DNA of 64,000 nucleotides from Chrysomallon squamiferum (GCA_012295275.1 CM022665.1:8990001-9054000); one strand, 5' to 3'; numbered from the stretch's first letter, positions 12,901-26,405 are shown. Notes: generated by a model from the sequence alone, not told the origin. A program made the numbers and translations.

Positions 12901-13510
12901 TTTATGTAACATAGGTAAGTGTTGTCTTGACCTAATAATAAATAAATAAAACTGAATAAACTCAAATGAGGAATTGATTTATTTTTCAGATGTGTCACAA
13001 AAATACCATGCCAAATATAGTTACTTAAGTCACGTTTTAGTTTTGTACCTGGTAAAAACCTTTCGAATTTTTAAAAAAAAATTCTAATTTTTAAAAATCT
13101 TTTGATTTTTTAAATTTTATTTTATATATATATATAGATATTGATATAGAAGTTTATAATTAACCTGCTTAAAACTTTGCAGACAGACACTCACACAGAA
13201 AGAAAGAATAAAGAATTATGTAATCTTTCTTAAAAAGAAACTTAACAGTACTTGTATTTATTTTACAGATGTTGTTGCTGAAGTGAATGATTCAGTTCAC
13301 AGTCTTCAAGACAAATTGCAAGATTCTCTAATGGACATCATTAAAGTAAGACATCCAGGCAATGTTCGTCGTCTTGGACAGTTATTTCTCCTTCTGCCTC
13401 CTATCACACATATCAAACTTCTTGCCAAACAGTTTTGGTTTGACATAAAGAAAGATGGACGGGTCATGATGCATAAACTTTTTCTAGAAATGCTTGAGGC
13501 TGATTCATGA
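937..13510 (+). CDS. ERR: Estrogen-related receptor (NR3B), 5'-partial; join(937..1053,8416..8532,11866..12048,12642..12914,13269..13510)
   Basis: All four introns are GT-AG and phase 1, and the frame is open to TGA at 13508-13510. Translation gives [55 protein letters not shown] (diagnostic ERR second zinc finger and C-terminal extension), an LBD with [21 protein letters not shown]...[14 protein letters not shown], and AF-2 [11 protein letters not shown]. Confidence 0.97.
1720..1860. repeat. (TG)n compound microsatellite
   Basis: Long TG/TTTG run; explains ORF 1653..1865. Confidence 0.95.
1960..2587 (+). repeat. Left terminal inverted repeat (about 628 bp)
   Basis: Reverse complement of 4165-4785, e.g. 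tttaaacccgaccgtctcagattttt versus aaaaatctgagacggtcgggtttaaa. Confidence 0.95.
2588..3330 (-). pseudogene. Degraded N-terminal half of a Sola2-type transposase (stops and frameshifts; catalytic core deleted)
   Basis: Minus-strand fragments in order: [13 protein letters not shown] / [15 protein letters not shown] / NCCDPLNRH / RSLRIVS...[11 protein letters not shown] / [46 protein letters not shown]. The last matches the FY..D..SR..PG.KD...QKRL.L.NL block I recall from Sola2 transposases and is cut off at the TIR. Confidence 0.8.
4165..4785 (-). repeat. Right terminal inverted repeat (about 621 bp)
   Basis: Reverse complement of 1960-2587. Confidence 0.95.
8416..8532 (+). CDS. ERR: ERR exon: C-terminal extension and hinge
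   Basis: ttaag|GTGTT...GATA|gtaagt; [38 protein letters not shown]. Confidence 0.95.
10812..10885 (-). mobile_element. Degenerate tRNA-derived SINE head
   Basis: Minus strand has a B-box-like GGTTCAAATC at tRNA-like spacing; no intact cloverleaf. Confidence 0.35.
11866..12048 (+). CDS. ERR: ERR exon: LBD helices 1-3
   Basis: ttacag|CACTG...CCAG|gttggt; [11 protein letters not shown]...[20 protein letters not shown]. Confidence 0.95.
12642..12914 (+). CDS. ERR: ERR exon: LBD middle helices
   Basis: cttag|GATTT...ATAG|gtaagt; [21 protein letters not shown]...[15 protein letters not shown]. Confidence 0.96.
13269..13510 (+). CDS. ERR: ERR last coding exon: LBD C-terminal helices and AF-2
   Basis: ttacag|ATGTT...; LQDKLQDSL...[11 protein letters not shown]...[13 protein letters not shown]. 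Confidence 0.96.
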
Positions 13511-14827
13511 GGATTGCTTCAAACGATACCTTTGAGAGGATCGGGTTTTTTTTTTGTTTGTTTTTTTTAATTTCCTAAGGGTCAGCCTTGCAGATTTTCA
13601 TATATCATGTTCATAAAACTGTAAATAGTATAAAACATGAAAATATGCAGCTTGATTGTTTTTCTCTCCAGACTTTTCATATATATTTTTTGTCAGAACA
13701 CACCTGTTAGATTTTGATTTTGATGCAGTGATAAAACAGTGTGCTGTCTGTTGACCGGACTAGATTTGAGCAACTAGATTATATAGTGCCATTTGAAATT
13801 TGTATTTTTGTTTGCAAGTTTTTTTGTTTTTTATCCTCTTCTAAGGATCTTATTGTGGTTTTCCCAAGAAATGAGCAAAATAAATTTTTATAACTAGTAT
13901 CTGGTTAGTATAAAATACAAATCTAGTTATCTGTGATTATGATAGATTCTTAAGAATGTTCATACATGGCATAGTAACTAATACATTCATTATTACTATT
14001 GGAAGTGAGAAGTTAAAACAGAACTTTGAAAAAAAGATCTAATTTAAAAGCAATATAGATGGTATATATATATTTTTTTTAATAAACATTGGCACTCCAA
14101 AGATTTCTGCTCTTCAGTAATAAACTGATTTGATGTTGAACCATTTCTGCACTGAGCACACACTGTACAAAAGATGCTCGTAACATTTCTTTACTTGTTT
14201 GATTTTGAGATAGCTCTGTGAGCAGACAAAATCAAAGCATTTAAAACAAATCTCTTTCAAACTGTTCCTTTCTCTTTTCTTCTTTGTCAGAATACTTTAC
14301 ATATCAAAAAAATGACAATTAAAATATAAATTCAAAATAAACAATTCTTACCACTGACTTTGGATTCCATTTATTTTTCTTATGTTTAAGAAAAACTTGC
14401 AAACCAAAATCAAAACAGATTATTATTCTTGAAAAGAAATTGTAGCCAAATGGCAGTAAAATGTCATTATTCAGTATACAAGAATCTTACAATTAGACAT
14501 TTGTGATACTGTGTACGAAACAGAAATAAAAATATCATTCCTTTAGGACCCAAGTATAGTATATTTAAAATTAGTTATATATTATAGTTTTATTTGAAAA
14601 TGAGCTGGATTATTTTTGTTATGGTTTGTGTGTGAGTGATTTTACATAATCCTTTTTTGCTGAAAAATAGTGAGATGTTTAAGTAGACATTGTGAACTGT
14701 GATTTGAATATATTACAGGTTTCACTTTTGTTTTATTATGAAATGTCATTTAAGCATAAATGTTGAAGATACCATAATTGCCATCACAGTATGTGTCCAA
14801 CCAAAGTACATTTTTACCTGTTACAAA

Positions 14828-14851
14828 TATATATATATGTATATATGTGTG

Positions 14852-14904
<53 letters not shown>

Positions 14905-15002
14905 GTATATATGTATATGTATATGTATGTATGTGTGTGTATATATATATATATATATGTATGTATGTGTGTGTGTATATGTATATACACACACACATAT
15001 AT
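14828..15002. repeat. (TA)/(TG)/(TATG) compound microsatellite downstream of the ERR stop codon
   Basis: Dinucleotide run; explains five overlapping spurious ORFs. Confidence 0.95.
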
Positions 15003-16434
15003 AAAAGATCAGAAGTCAGTACTGTAAACGAACTAACTTGACTTGTATGAATGCCAGCTGTTAATCTTCATTTCCATTCCATTTCATTTATCATTCAGTA
15101 CTGTTGATAAAGCTGGATTTAAGTTCTCCACAAACAAGTGTGACTGCCTGAGTAATGTCATTTTCATATGCTTATATCAACGAAAAGCACAAAGAAAGTC
15201 GTAAACATGCAAATTAGAACATTCATAATGAATACATCTCACATATATACTAACTAACCCACTGTAAAGAACAGGGAATTAATATTGTCCCCAGTCACAT
15301 TGCATTTCCTAAAAATGTCTAGGAAAATTAAGAGTAAATACACTTTTGTATTTTACATTTCTTCTTTAAAAATTATTTTCATAGTGATATTGACAGCTGT
15401 CAGTTGTTTGTTAAGTACTTACAGCATACATCAAAATTTGACTTCCTTTTCTTTTGCCCCTCTCCTTTTTGAAAAATATAGCCAAAAAAATCTGTTGCTT
15501 TTTTTCACAGTAATATGTTAAATGGTATTGCACTGTATAGGTTAATGAAATTAGATATCATTTTGATATCTAATGACAGAAAATAAATAATGTAAATGAT
15601 TTTTAATTAATGCATTGTAAAATGTCTCTTTAATAATAATATACATGAGGTGTCAGCGTCACCAGGTTATTGTTCACTAGCTTGTTTTAATATTTTTCAG
15701 CTGTTTTATGCATGTTGACACCTTCACTGTATTTTGGCTATTAATTTAATGTTGTTATTAATATATTTTTTTTTTTTTTTTTTTTTTTAAATGTTCATTT
15801 ACCTTAAAAAGGTATTGACTGAACATAAAACAGTTTTTAAGTTTATCTGTTAAAAATGTGGTTGATAAAAACAAACCATTTCCATTTGGTTTTAGTTAAT
15901 CATTTTAATCTTGTTACAGTTGTGAGCTAACTTTTCTTAATAAACATAGAATAGTTACTGTTGAAAAATGCATTGATTCTGTGACAGATGTAATAAATCA
16001 TTTTTAATACAGACTTTGAAGCTGAATATTTATTAAAGCTCGCAAATGTAAATTAAATTTTTATTTTATTTTTGCTCATAAGTATTTTCCTGATTACTGG
16101 AGTTCATGTTAATAAAGGTATTGATGTGTTGAGTATTTAATTAATCACCTTCCTGAAATTTCCCTTTGAATGTTAAAAATAGTAATTGAGTTTTAGTCTG
16201 TTTTACAAATTCTTTGAAATTTACGTTAATTGACAAATGGAAAGTATTTTATTCACAATTTATGTGAATTTTGGTGGGTTTTTTTTAATTTTTATTTATT
16301 TATTCTTTGTTTTGTTTTTTAATTAAGATTAAATGTTGGAAATTACTTTACAAGATACAGATTAAGACAGTTGCCAAGGATAATTATTTAACAGAACAAA
16401 ATATCTAGATTTTACACTTGTTAGACTGTAATTG

Positions 16435-16465
<31 letters not shown>

Positions 16466-19400
16466 TAGTTTGCAAAAGACAAATTTTTATCATTTTGAAT
16501 TTGAATAAATGATATACATTACATTTGAGTATTGCTGTTAAGTTTTTCTCTCTGTACTAGTATCTTTTTTCACAGTCTTTTTTCCATGTTATCTGTGAAA
16601 ACAAGGTGATCAAATATTTTTACAGTATGGATTACTAAATTACTTATCAGTTACTTGTACAAAAAAATAAATTTACCTGGTGTTGAAACACTACATTTAG
16701 TTTTAACAAAGATGCCTTGACCTGTTCAAGATGGCTTGAAACATGATCAGTTGTTAACTTAATATGTCCAGCACAAACTGAAAGACAAAATAAAGAATAG
16801 TATTTCATATCATGTTTCTGTAAATGGTCTCTCACTGCACACCAAATAACTCCCTTTTTTGTCTGTTTCCAGGTAACAAATTCTTGTTGTGATGTCTTCA
16901 TTGGTGTTGTGTCCACATCTTTGTAGTCATGTTACAGTCTTGTGTTTTTTTTTGTTTCTCATTTACACAGATTTTTAGTTGAATGCATTTTTTATATTGT
17001 AGCTGGTCTATTAATAAGATCACCAGTCATCTTTACATGAAAGAGGATAATGTTTAAAAAAATAGGTAAATGTCTTCTGGATTGTGATAGAAGTAATTCT
17101 ATACAAAAGAGAGAATTGTAGAAAATAGATACAGATTTTATAGTTTGAAGGGGAAAAAAACAAAAGATTCATTATTAAGTTTTTATTTGTTTAGAAGCTG
17201 ATTACAATACATTTGTCTTGCAACTTCTATTTAACAAATCTGGTTCTAAAACAAATGATATTCAGAAAAATGTAATTTTTTAAATTTAAAATAATTAGTT
17301 ACAAGCATGATATGTATTATTTTGGTAATTTTATTACTTTTTTTCTTTATTTTTTTTTCTTCTGTCATTGTGGTTTAAACATAAATAGATTAAAGTGAAT
17401 ATTCTCTTCATGGAGGATTTCAGCTCATATGATGTCGTCTTAAATATACATTTCCTGTATCAGTGTATGAGATCCAGAACTTTTGTAATGTCTTTATTGG
17501 GAAATTTTCCAGTTGGTAGTTTTTAATATAATAATAATGATAATAATAATAATAATAATAATAACAATAATAATAATAATAATAATAAAATAATAAATGT
17601 TAGTGCACATTTTAAAAACAAACTTGACATTACTGATCCCACGCACACACCCCAAAATTTTATTTTTCTTCAGTATTGCTGATTTTTATAACTTGTTTTC
17701 TTATATACTAATATTCTGCAATGATATAGGATCTATCTTAGAATCTAGGCTCAAACATGATCACTTAAGTCCAGTTAAAAAGAGAAATTTGAGTTTAGAA
17801 TTTCAATATGTCAGACTTGTCTCAAATATGAGCATGTTTTATCATGGAACAATAAGTAAGAAATGTCTGTTAAAAGACTAAAACAAGGCAGCACTTTCAT
17901 CATTGTTTATACGTGGTCATGTTTTTTCATTGTTACTCATTTTTATGGTGTGGAAGGTTCCAGGTATATATGAATTGTTTTTGTTTTTTAATTTTTAAAA
18001 ATTATTTCATTTTCTTTGCTTTATTATATTTTTAGAATAAAAGAAAAAAGATAAATAATTACTGTACATTTCTTAATTTGAATTTGTCTGCAAGGCAAAC
18101 TACTTATTTTTGTTGTATTTTCTTCAGCCAGAATAAATTCTGAAATGATTAAATAGTGAAGTATCCATCATAAAATTATTTTGCATAAATTAATGTAAAT
18201 GTATATCTATAGCTAAAAATGTTGAAATTTTTTTAAATCATTTATTCAGGGTTTGTTATTGTTTTTGATGAACAACAACAAAAACAAAAAAAGCTACAGT
18301 TAAATTTCGCCAGTAGATCTTCCTTTTATGTTATAACAAATTATGATGAAATTGCCGTAAACTGTAACTGTTGCTGCTTACCTTTTATATTGTAATATAA
18401 TAACATGTTAATTCTCATTTTTGAAACCTACAAAATTTTATGCATATTTTTATAAATTTAAAATGAAAGACTGTGAAATGTACTTTATTTTTTACTTTGT
18501 TACACTGATGTTCAGATAGAACTGTATTGTTGATTTGAATTTTTAAGTCTCTTAAATACAATAAGTGTAAAAACAAAAAAGTTAATTCAAGGAATGGCTT
18601 TAATTTAAATACTAAAAGAAATTTTGTCATTAAATATCTATAATTATAAAACAATTAAAAAAATTAAAATTCAGAAAAAAAAGTCAAAACCTTTCAAAAT
18701 CAAATTTTTCTTTAATTATTATTTTATTTTTTCAAAACTGCTAGATCACTGCCTAGATTTCTGAATAATAATACTTGCAGTTCCAAATCCTTCAGTATAA
18801 TATCATATCTTTCAGAAGATAGCTTTGATTTATTTGTAGCCTTTTTCTGAACTCCAAGTAAACAGGTTATTGACATTTTTTGTATGGTGTGCTCTGTATT
18901 GTGTATGTGGTTTTAATTTTCATATTATGGTTTGAATTTTATGACTAACATTGTTAAATATATAACCATTCTTTTGAGTGGCATATTTAATGTTGAGCTT
19001 GTAGTCTTATAGTAGGTGAGTGTACATGGTGGAGTGATAGCTGTTAGTATTTAGTGCACATTGAATGCTGTGATAGATAATCATCAGAAGCAGTTAATGT
19101 GCATTAAATGTATTTTAGTGTTTTGGTGCAGAAATTCTAGTAATATTTACGATGGATTTCTGTCAACATGAAATGGTTCCTTTTGTCATAAATTGTCATT
19201 TGATTGCTGTAACAAATCAGTGGGTACTAAATACCTTCAGAATGGAATTTTGTTTTTAATTTTATTTTTCTCCAATTTTGTTTTTATGGAAGTTCATTTG
19301 TCTCTGTTCACATAAATAAAAAGAAAAGTTAATAAATCTGAATCTCTCTGAGATTTGTTTAAATGTTTTTTGCATGGACCTATTTTACAAGTTGTTTTGT

Positions 19401-21034
19401 CACCTCTTTTTTTTTTCTGCCATCCGTCCTTACATCATGTGATTGAAAGTAAAAAATACAAACTAAAAATGAAGCAAAACAAAAATAGTTTTAAAAGAAA
19501 TCAGGGAGTGAATTAATAGGCAATACCCCAGCACCTGACTACCATAATATTACTCCCTTAGATATGGAAGTTTTATCATTTCCTTCTATGATGTTTAATA
19601 CTTAAATTCTTGAAAACATAATGTTACCTTGAATTTTGCAATTGTAATCTTAAAACATACAAAACTATAATTGTTGAAGCAGAAACTACTGTTTCTTTAT
19701 TTTTTTTTTCCTATGAAACGTTTTTGTGAAAAATGCTGGTGTAAAGGTATGTATTGTGTGATACCGTATTGTGATACTGTATTAATACAATTATATTAAG
19801 TATTATTTAAAGGAATTGATTTGTTGTGGCTAGAAGTATTAGGCATCATAATAGAAACATATTCAAAGAGGCGTGTGCCAGATAATCTGTATAAAGGTCT
19901 ATAATAATTAGATTGTATTATTAATCAGAATTAAAGATAATAGATTTGAAAAGTAAATTTTCACGCATGTACACCAACATCATGCATGCACCTGGAAACA
20001 TACACTCATAAATACATACATGCACACAATTTTGCTGCAGGAAAAAATATTAAAACTGCAGCATAGAATTTAGGTTCATTGGAGTAACTAGATTTTCACC
20101 CTTGTTTTGTTGGTTGAAGTTGACATTTTAATAAACATTGCAGATAATTTCAGTGTTATTATTTGTAATATACGTGTTGCATATAATTTTATTTCATTCA
20201 TCCATCCACCCATCAGTCAGCCATCATCACATCATTGTTTTAAACTTGTCCAATAATATTTTTACATTTTAAATATATTCTGTTATTTAAGCAACTGAAA
20301 CCACTAAAGACCATATAATTATATATTTTATATAAATGGTAGTGGAAGGAGAGAAAAAAAAACTGTTGCAAGATAACAGCTTTCAAAAATTATTTTTATT
20401 AATGGTAGTCATCAGAATGGAAACCAGAAACAAGATAAAAAATTTAAACCCACTTTTAATTGGTGGCAAGTACGCATGCCGTGGCCATTCATAAACCCCG
20501 CATTTGAAGAGAACATTAAAACTTGCAACTGCTTTATTATATCGAAAACAAATGGATTGACTCCATTATGCGACCTTAATTTCTGTTGGATAAACGTTTA
20601 GATGCTTATTTTCGTACACTAAATCCACTTTTTACTGGTAATACGTAACGCCAACAGTTTATCATCTGCAAATTAATTAATAAATGTGTGGACATATCGG
20701 CCAATTTGAAACAGAAGTGTGACGTATTTGTTTACATGATTTTAATACGAGGAATTTGTTACGTAAATGTACATGCTGTAACGGAAATTGAGGTCACGTT
20801 TCTTATCCAAGTATTGCATCATACGTGCTCGTTTTTTTTAGAAAGTATTGATAACTGATTTTGCAGTGTTATAAGCTGAAGATAACGATACTCCTTGTGA
20901 AGCATTAAAAATAGAAAACAATTATATATAATGTATGTATGTATGTATGTATAAGAGAGAGTGAGAGATAAACAACCTTCCATTGAAGGTTTAATAATAA
21001 TAATAAATGGAATATGATATTCCTGCTGTAATTT

Positions 21035-21077
<43 letters not shown>

Positions 21078-21940
21078 GTTGATCGCCGCTATCCATAATA
21101 CTCTTTAAAGTATAAGAAGAGAAATAATATAAAAGATATTTCGATTCAAAATAAAATAGCACAGTAATTACAGATATAACTAATTTTATTAAGTCTGTTG
21201 AAAAGTTTCAGTTTTTGTTTGTATGGTTTGTATACAGTTAAATATATATTTTCATTAAACATTGGTATATAAAAAATAAACAAAAAAAAAACCAAACACG
21301 TTCTGAACAAATAACGCTTTGTGACTTTTTGACACGGTAACCTCTTCGTAGCCTGATCTTACCTGGTCAGTTTATGTCTAAACAGCGATAAATGTTTTGT
21401 AACAAAATAGTTAGCGCCATTAACTCGTCCATCACAACAACAAAGATAACTAATGTCGCGAAACATTTGTCATTAACTATGCTTCTAGATAATAAACTAC
21501 CAATTTACCTTTAATGCTCTGCAAAATATTTTCCTTCTTGCATCCAGTTCAGCCCGGATTAAATACGATAGACGTCTTAATTAAAACTGATATATTAATG
21601 CATCAAAAAAGCTGCAGCAGCAACAGCAACAACAACAACAACAAAAAAAAATAAAATAAAAAATAAAAAAATAAAATAAAAAACCCAGCAGAAAACCCCA
21701 ATAATGTAGTTGTTTGTTTAAAAGATTGCATTTTTATTGATGAAATACGCTTATTTTTATGGTTTTCAAGTTAAAGGCAAGATCATATATATTGTTTAGA
21801 TGTGGGTGTCGGATAACTTTTACAACGCTTTCATCAGAGAACTGTTGAAGCATGCCTGCCTTGGAAACAAATTATGATTTTGCCAGTGTTCTATTTAATA
21901 AATATTGACTGTACTTTAAGTCAGATAACACAATTAAGTA

Positions 21941-21978
21941 GTTAAACCATATCTATATTTAACCAACAGAACACATCC
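21941..21978 (+). repeat. 38-bp dispersed direct repeat, copy 1
   Basis: gttaaaccatatctatatttaaccaacagaacacatcc is identical at 25851-25888. Confidence 0.9.
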
Positions 21979-22127
21979 AAGCAAAACAGATCTTGCATTT
22001 CTTTATATCGAAGAGTGTATCGTTAGTCACAAAGTTATTTTTCATTTCCATACTGTGATATACTAAATACATTATTAATAAGATTTAGATTCCGGTATCT
22101 TGTTTGTTTCTTAGCAAAAAGTGATAC

Positions 22128-22202
22128 AGTACAGATGGTTGGATTTGAACCAGATACCTTCCATTTTACCAGTATACAAATGCCATTTCTACCTACCATC
22201 CC
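22128..22202 (-). mobile_element. Degenerate tRNA-derived SINE head
   Basis: Minus strand gggatggtaggtagaaatgg...tggttcaaatccaacc (A-box-like and B-box-like). Confidence 0.35.
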
Positions 22203-22456
22203 ATCGATTTCGATATGTATTTAAACATTAGGTTGCTATAACAACATATAGGGTGTAATTAATCAAAGTAAATACTGTATTGATTAATAGCACATCCCAA
22301 ATTAGCTCATTAATGATTAATCCCATAAATGGATAGAATTTATTCCATGTAATGTTTTTCTCTTTTTATTTTCCTTACATTTTGGCGTTGCATATACATA
22401 AACTTTATGTAACAGCTAAATTATTTTAATCGAGAGAAGAAAGGCACGCGCGCTTG

Positions 22457-22501
<45 letters not shown>

Positions 22502-23329
22502 CGTATACAATTATATATAAACCGGTCACGTTTGTTTAAAAGAGCAATGCCTGGAACCTAATCAGAGATAAACGCTTTTACAAACCAGCTATACAAATAT
22601 GAAAGTTAAAATAAACATGTTTTATTAAGGCAGAATTGTTTATGAAATATCAGTTGTTTAAATGTATTATGATAATAAGTGTTCTTATAGTTATATATAT
22701 TATAATGGATGGAACAGTAGAACATTTTCAGATTTGGTGCTTATGCACTTTAGGAATGGTCTTTGCATATAATATATGGTTGACTCCTATAGAAAGCACA
22801 TCGTGGGAAATTGACAGATCTTCTGTCTAATGACTGTACCATTCAGAAAGCCTAGCTTTGGGCCATGATGTATATCCTAATAGCGATAACCCAATCTCGT
22901 GTCCATAAAACGTCTTGCGCAACTTAGGGTCCTGCGGTCATTGGCCGTGATATGAACCCTAGTGTAGATGTTCAAGAACTGTTTTAACATCACGCGTGTA
23001 TTTAGTTTATTAAACATTAAAAAAAAAAAGTAAACTTAGATTCAAAAGTTATACAATATTTAGAAATCCATTAATATATAAAGCTTTAAATTTAAATATT
23101 ATTTTTGGCTCTTGTTCGAAACTCATGAAAACAAAATTAATTTTGAAACAGTTTAAAGCAATGTACAGTTTAAATGCAAGAGATGTATTCGATAGTATTT
23201 TAAATTCTTTATTAGTGTATTCCATCATATATAATTAGTTGTTCAGCATAATGTTGATATGACAAAAACAATTAGAGGAAAAATAAGAAGAAAAACGAAG
23301 ACGATCGAACCTCTTCAAAACAAAATTAC

Positions 23330-23434
<105 letters not shown>

Positions 23435-23664
23435 TCAAGTACGTTTGAAGAAACTAAGTTAATACTGATGTAATACTGTTATGATGCATTCTCCTGGGGC
23501 TGGAATCAATCCAGGGTCAATGAAGTAATGACTGGAGTGGTGATCCATGTACGTCATTTGTGGACACTTGTTATTTATTTTATGACAGGTGACAAATCTA
23601 AGCCAGTAATCGAAAATATTTATCTGATTTAAACTCAGTCATTCTTTGGCATGTACATCTATCA

Positions 23665-23770
23665 CGATAATGATGATGATAATTATGATGATGATGATGA
23701 TGATGATGATAATAATAATAAAAAGAAGAAGAATTGGACTGATAATGGTGATGATAATAATGATGATGTT
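23665..23770. repeat. (GAT)/(AAT) trinucleotide low-complexity tract
   Basis: Visible trinucleotide runs. Confidence 0.85.
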
Positions 23771-25147
23771 GATCATTATCATTGTTAAATAAATATTTCA
23801 TAACAAAATTTTCAATTTTTTGTTTAAAAATGACAGAACATTAACCGTTGGAAGAACGAAATCCATGGGAAAAAAAAAAAAATAAAAAAAAATAAGCCCC
23901 ACATACTTTTATTTGTTTTGGAAGCTATTTGCTTAATAAGGCAAACTTTCATATGTCTATTTTATATGCAAAGTTAGCTAAATTTTATCACAAACCATAC
24001 TTGAATAGAGGGAATCGTGGACTTTGGCCTACAGAAAATGAGATGTTCAGTGAAGTTAGCAGAAGTAAAACAAATGATTAATTGCGAAATCTTCATTCAA
24101 CAGGTAACATGCACAGTTTTTTTATTTCGATTTCCCAATACCGGTGATCACAATGAGCACTTTAACGTACAAATTCGGTCAGAGTATCAGCTACCAGTGT
24201 CGTTAACAAACGAGTGTGACTGTCACACAACACGTGGTTTGACCTACTTAATTCATTCTTAATATCACATCAACGTCCATTTACTGATAATAAAACCGTT
24301 TGAAAATATATGACCTGGACTCTACACTTAATAGTAATACCGAGTCATGAAAACAACTCTATAAACAACAACAAACAACAACTGGAACGTAGTAATAATA
24401 ATAATGAAAATAATAATAATGATGATGATGATGACGACGATGTGATTGTAACCATCATCATCATCATCATGATAACCATACTAATAATGGTCATGATCAT
24501 ACTGATGATGACTGGTATAATTATGACGTTGATATGACGAAGAGCAGTGTATTATGTAACGAATGAATGAATTAATGTTTTACGACACATTAAGTACATC
24601 AGTTACGTAATGTGAAAAGGGGGTAATTATGTATATATATGAACTGAACAATGTGGGTGATACACCAGATAAGAACCTTTATAATTAAATTGTTTAGATA
24701 ACGATGTAGATTCCAACACCAGCCACATCATTAAATGCTGATAGAAAATTATATGTACATGTATAAGTAAACAGATTAAACAAAATTTTTGAATTACGAA
24801 GTCAGTTACATAAAAACGACGGTCAGGACACATGGTACATTAGTACGATTATAAAACACGGAAAGTATAAATACATGAATCACCAGCAAATACTGAATAA
24901 ACAAAAAACAATATATTCATAATATTAATATATGGCAAGATAATTATGATGACTAGACACATTTCTATATTTTCGGGAACTATATTTATTTCGATAAATT
25001 ACTTTGTGTGTGTGAGTATGTGGTTCAAAATTATTTCTTCAGTGTTTAATTTCTGGTTTGGATGTTAAAAGACCATTTAAAAATTAACAAATAATCACAT
25101 GCGAATAGATTAGCAATAACAGATTCATTTTATGGGGTTTTTTATTG

Positions 25148-25214
<67 letters not shown>

Positions 25215-25850
25215 TTATTTGTTGTTGTTGTTGTTGGCATACGGCTATGCTGATCTGCCTCTACAGCACACGGTTTATGGTGAGCTGACTATTTTTGACA
25301 AACGTCCTACATTCGTTTGCCAGGAGAACGACCAAGATCAGAAAACGAGTTTACCCAAGAAAACTGACGCCCTGAAGCTTTCCTTATCTCAGGTACCTGA
25401 ATGTGAATTTCTGGGGATGACACAAAGGCTTTCCTTCCAATTAGAGTAAACAGTACGGGGTTATGTAAACTAGCTTTTGTTTACCTGTGGCCACAAACAA
25501 CAATCGAGAACATGCAACATTCAAATAGACCATCAAAGCAACACCTTTAGTTTAAAGAAGTTATCGGACTGTTCATCAAATTGATTAATTTTTGTTTTGT
25601 TTCGTCGAGGGCGGGATATCGGTGTGGGTGGTTTGAAAGAAACTGTAAACAGCAGAAAACATATCGAGAAAAACACAAATGACATCTGAATACGCTGTTT
25701 TCGATTACAAAAAGTAGACATCCCAGCAGTGAAAAAAAAAATATAATATTGATTCATGAAGCTAAATTCAGCACAGATTTTTATATTTTATTTCTGTTTT
25801 GTATTCATTTTAATTCCAGCTTTGATCGAAAATATATGCCCTGAAAACAT

Positions 25851-25888
25851 GTTAAACCATATCTATATTTAACCAACAGAACACATCC
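25851..25888 (+). repeat. 38-bp dispersed direct repeat, copy 2
   Basis: Identical to 21941-21978. Confidence 0.9.
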
Positions 25889-25893
25889 TAGCA

Positions 25894-25969
25894 TAATACG
25901 AATGTTAAAGACACCCATGAAAATATGACCTTCTGAATACTTTCATGGCTGTATTTAACATTCGTATTA
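25894..25969. repeat. 76-nt inverted repeat (29-bp arms, 2 mismatches)
   Basis: taatacgaatgttaaagacacccatgaaa ... tttcatggctgtatttaacattcgtatta. Confidence 0.9.
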
Positions 25970-26242
25970 AATATTATGTAAGTAATAATCTTTCAAATGT
26001 TGCATTGTAGTGTAACTTTGACGAGATTAAGACTTGGCTAAAATCCAGTCACTTTTATACCAAATTAATGCTTTGTTTTATTTTTACACCAGTTTTTCCT
26101 AAAAATTATAAAGTGTAAGACTTACAAATAGTTCCATGAACGTTTTTCTTTAATAATGTTAAGATTTTGAACAACTTCAACCGTTTAAATATATTTTCTA
26201 CAAGCGTTGACTGCAGTTATTAAGCTGTTTCGGCTTCATAAA

Positions 26243-26405
26243 CGGGACGTCGCGGTCTCCAGGACAGATCTTACAGTTGTACTGGAGAAAAATGAACAGA
26301 ATTAACAGTATTTTCCAACAGATTTTTCTGTCCTGCAAAGATGCATGTAAAATATCCCTTGTTGTTAGATGAAAAAGATTGGCTGCAGTGAGTTTCTTTT
26401 TTCAT
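26243..26405 (+). mobile_element. Degenerate molluscan Meta/MESC-type SINE
   Basis: cgggacgt...cgcggtc head plus gatgcatgtaaaatatcccttgttgttagatgaaaa, resembling the recalled Meta-domain consensus gtgcatataaaagatcccttgctgctaatcgaaaa. Confidence 0.45.

Noticed and set aside
11840-12912. Minus-strand ORFs 11840..12106 and 12706..12912
   Set aside because: Antisense shadows of ERR exons
14738-15041. Five overlapping ORFs rich in Y/I/C/V/H/T
   Set aside because: Translations of a dinucleotide microsatellite
22128-22202. Possible tRNA gene (similar segments at 10812-10885 and 42085-42151)
   Set aside because: B-box-like motifs only, with no complete cloverleaf; treated as SINE relics
26236-26281. 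Apparent minus-strand terminal exon ending ...SVLETATSRL* (PTS1-like), or YNCKICPGD... in another frame
   Set aside because: It overlaps the antisense of a degenerate SINE head, and no upstream coding exons could be linked to it
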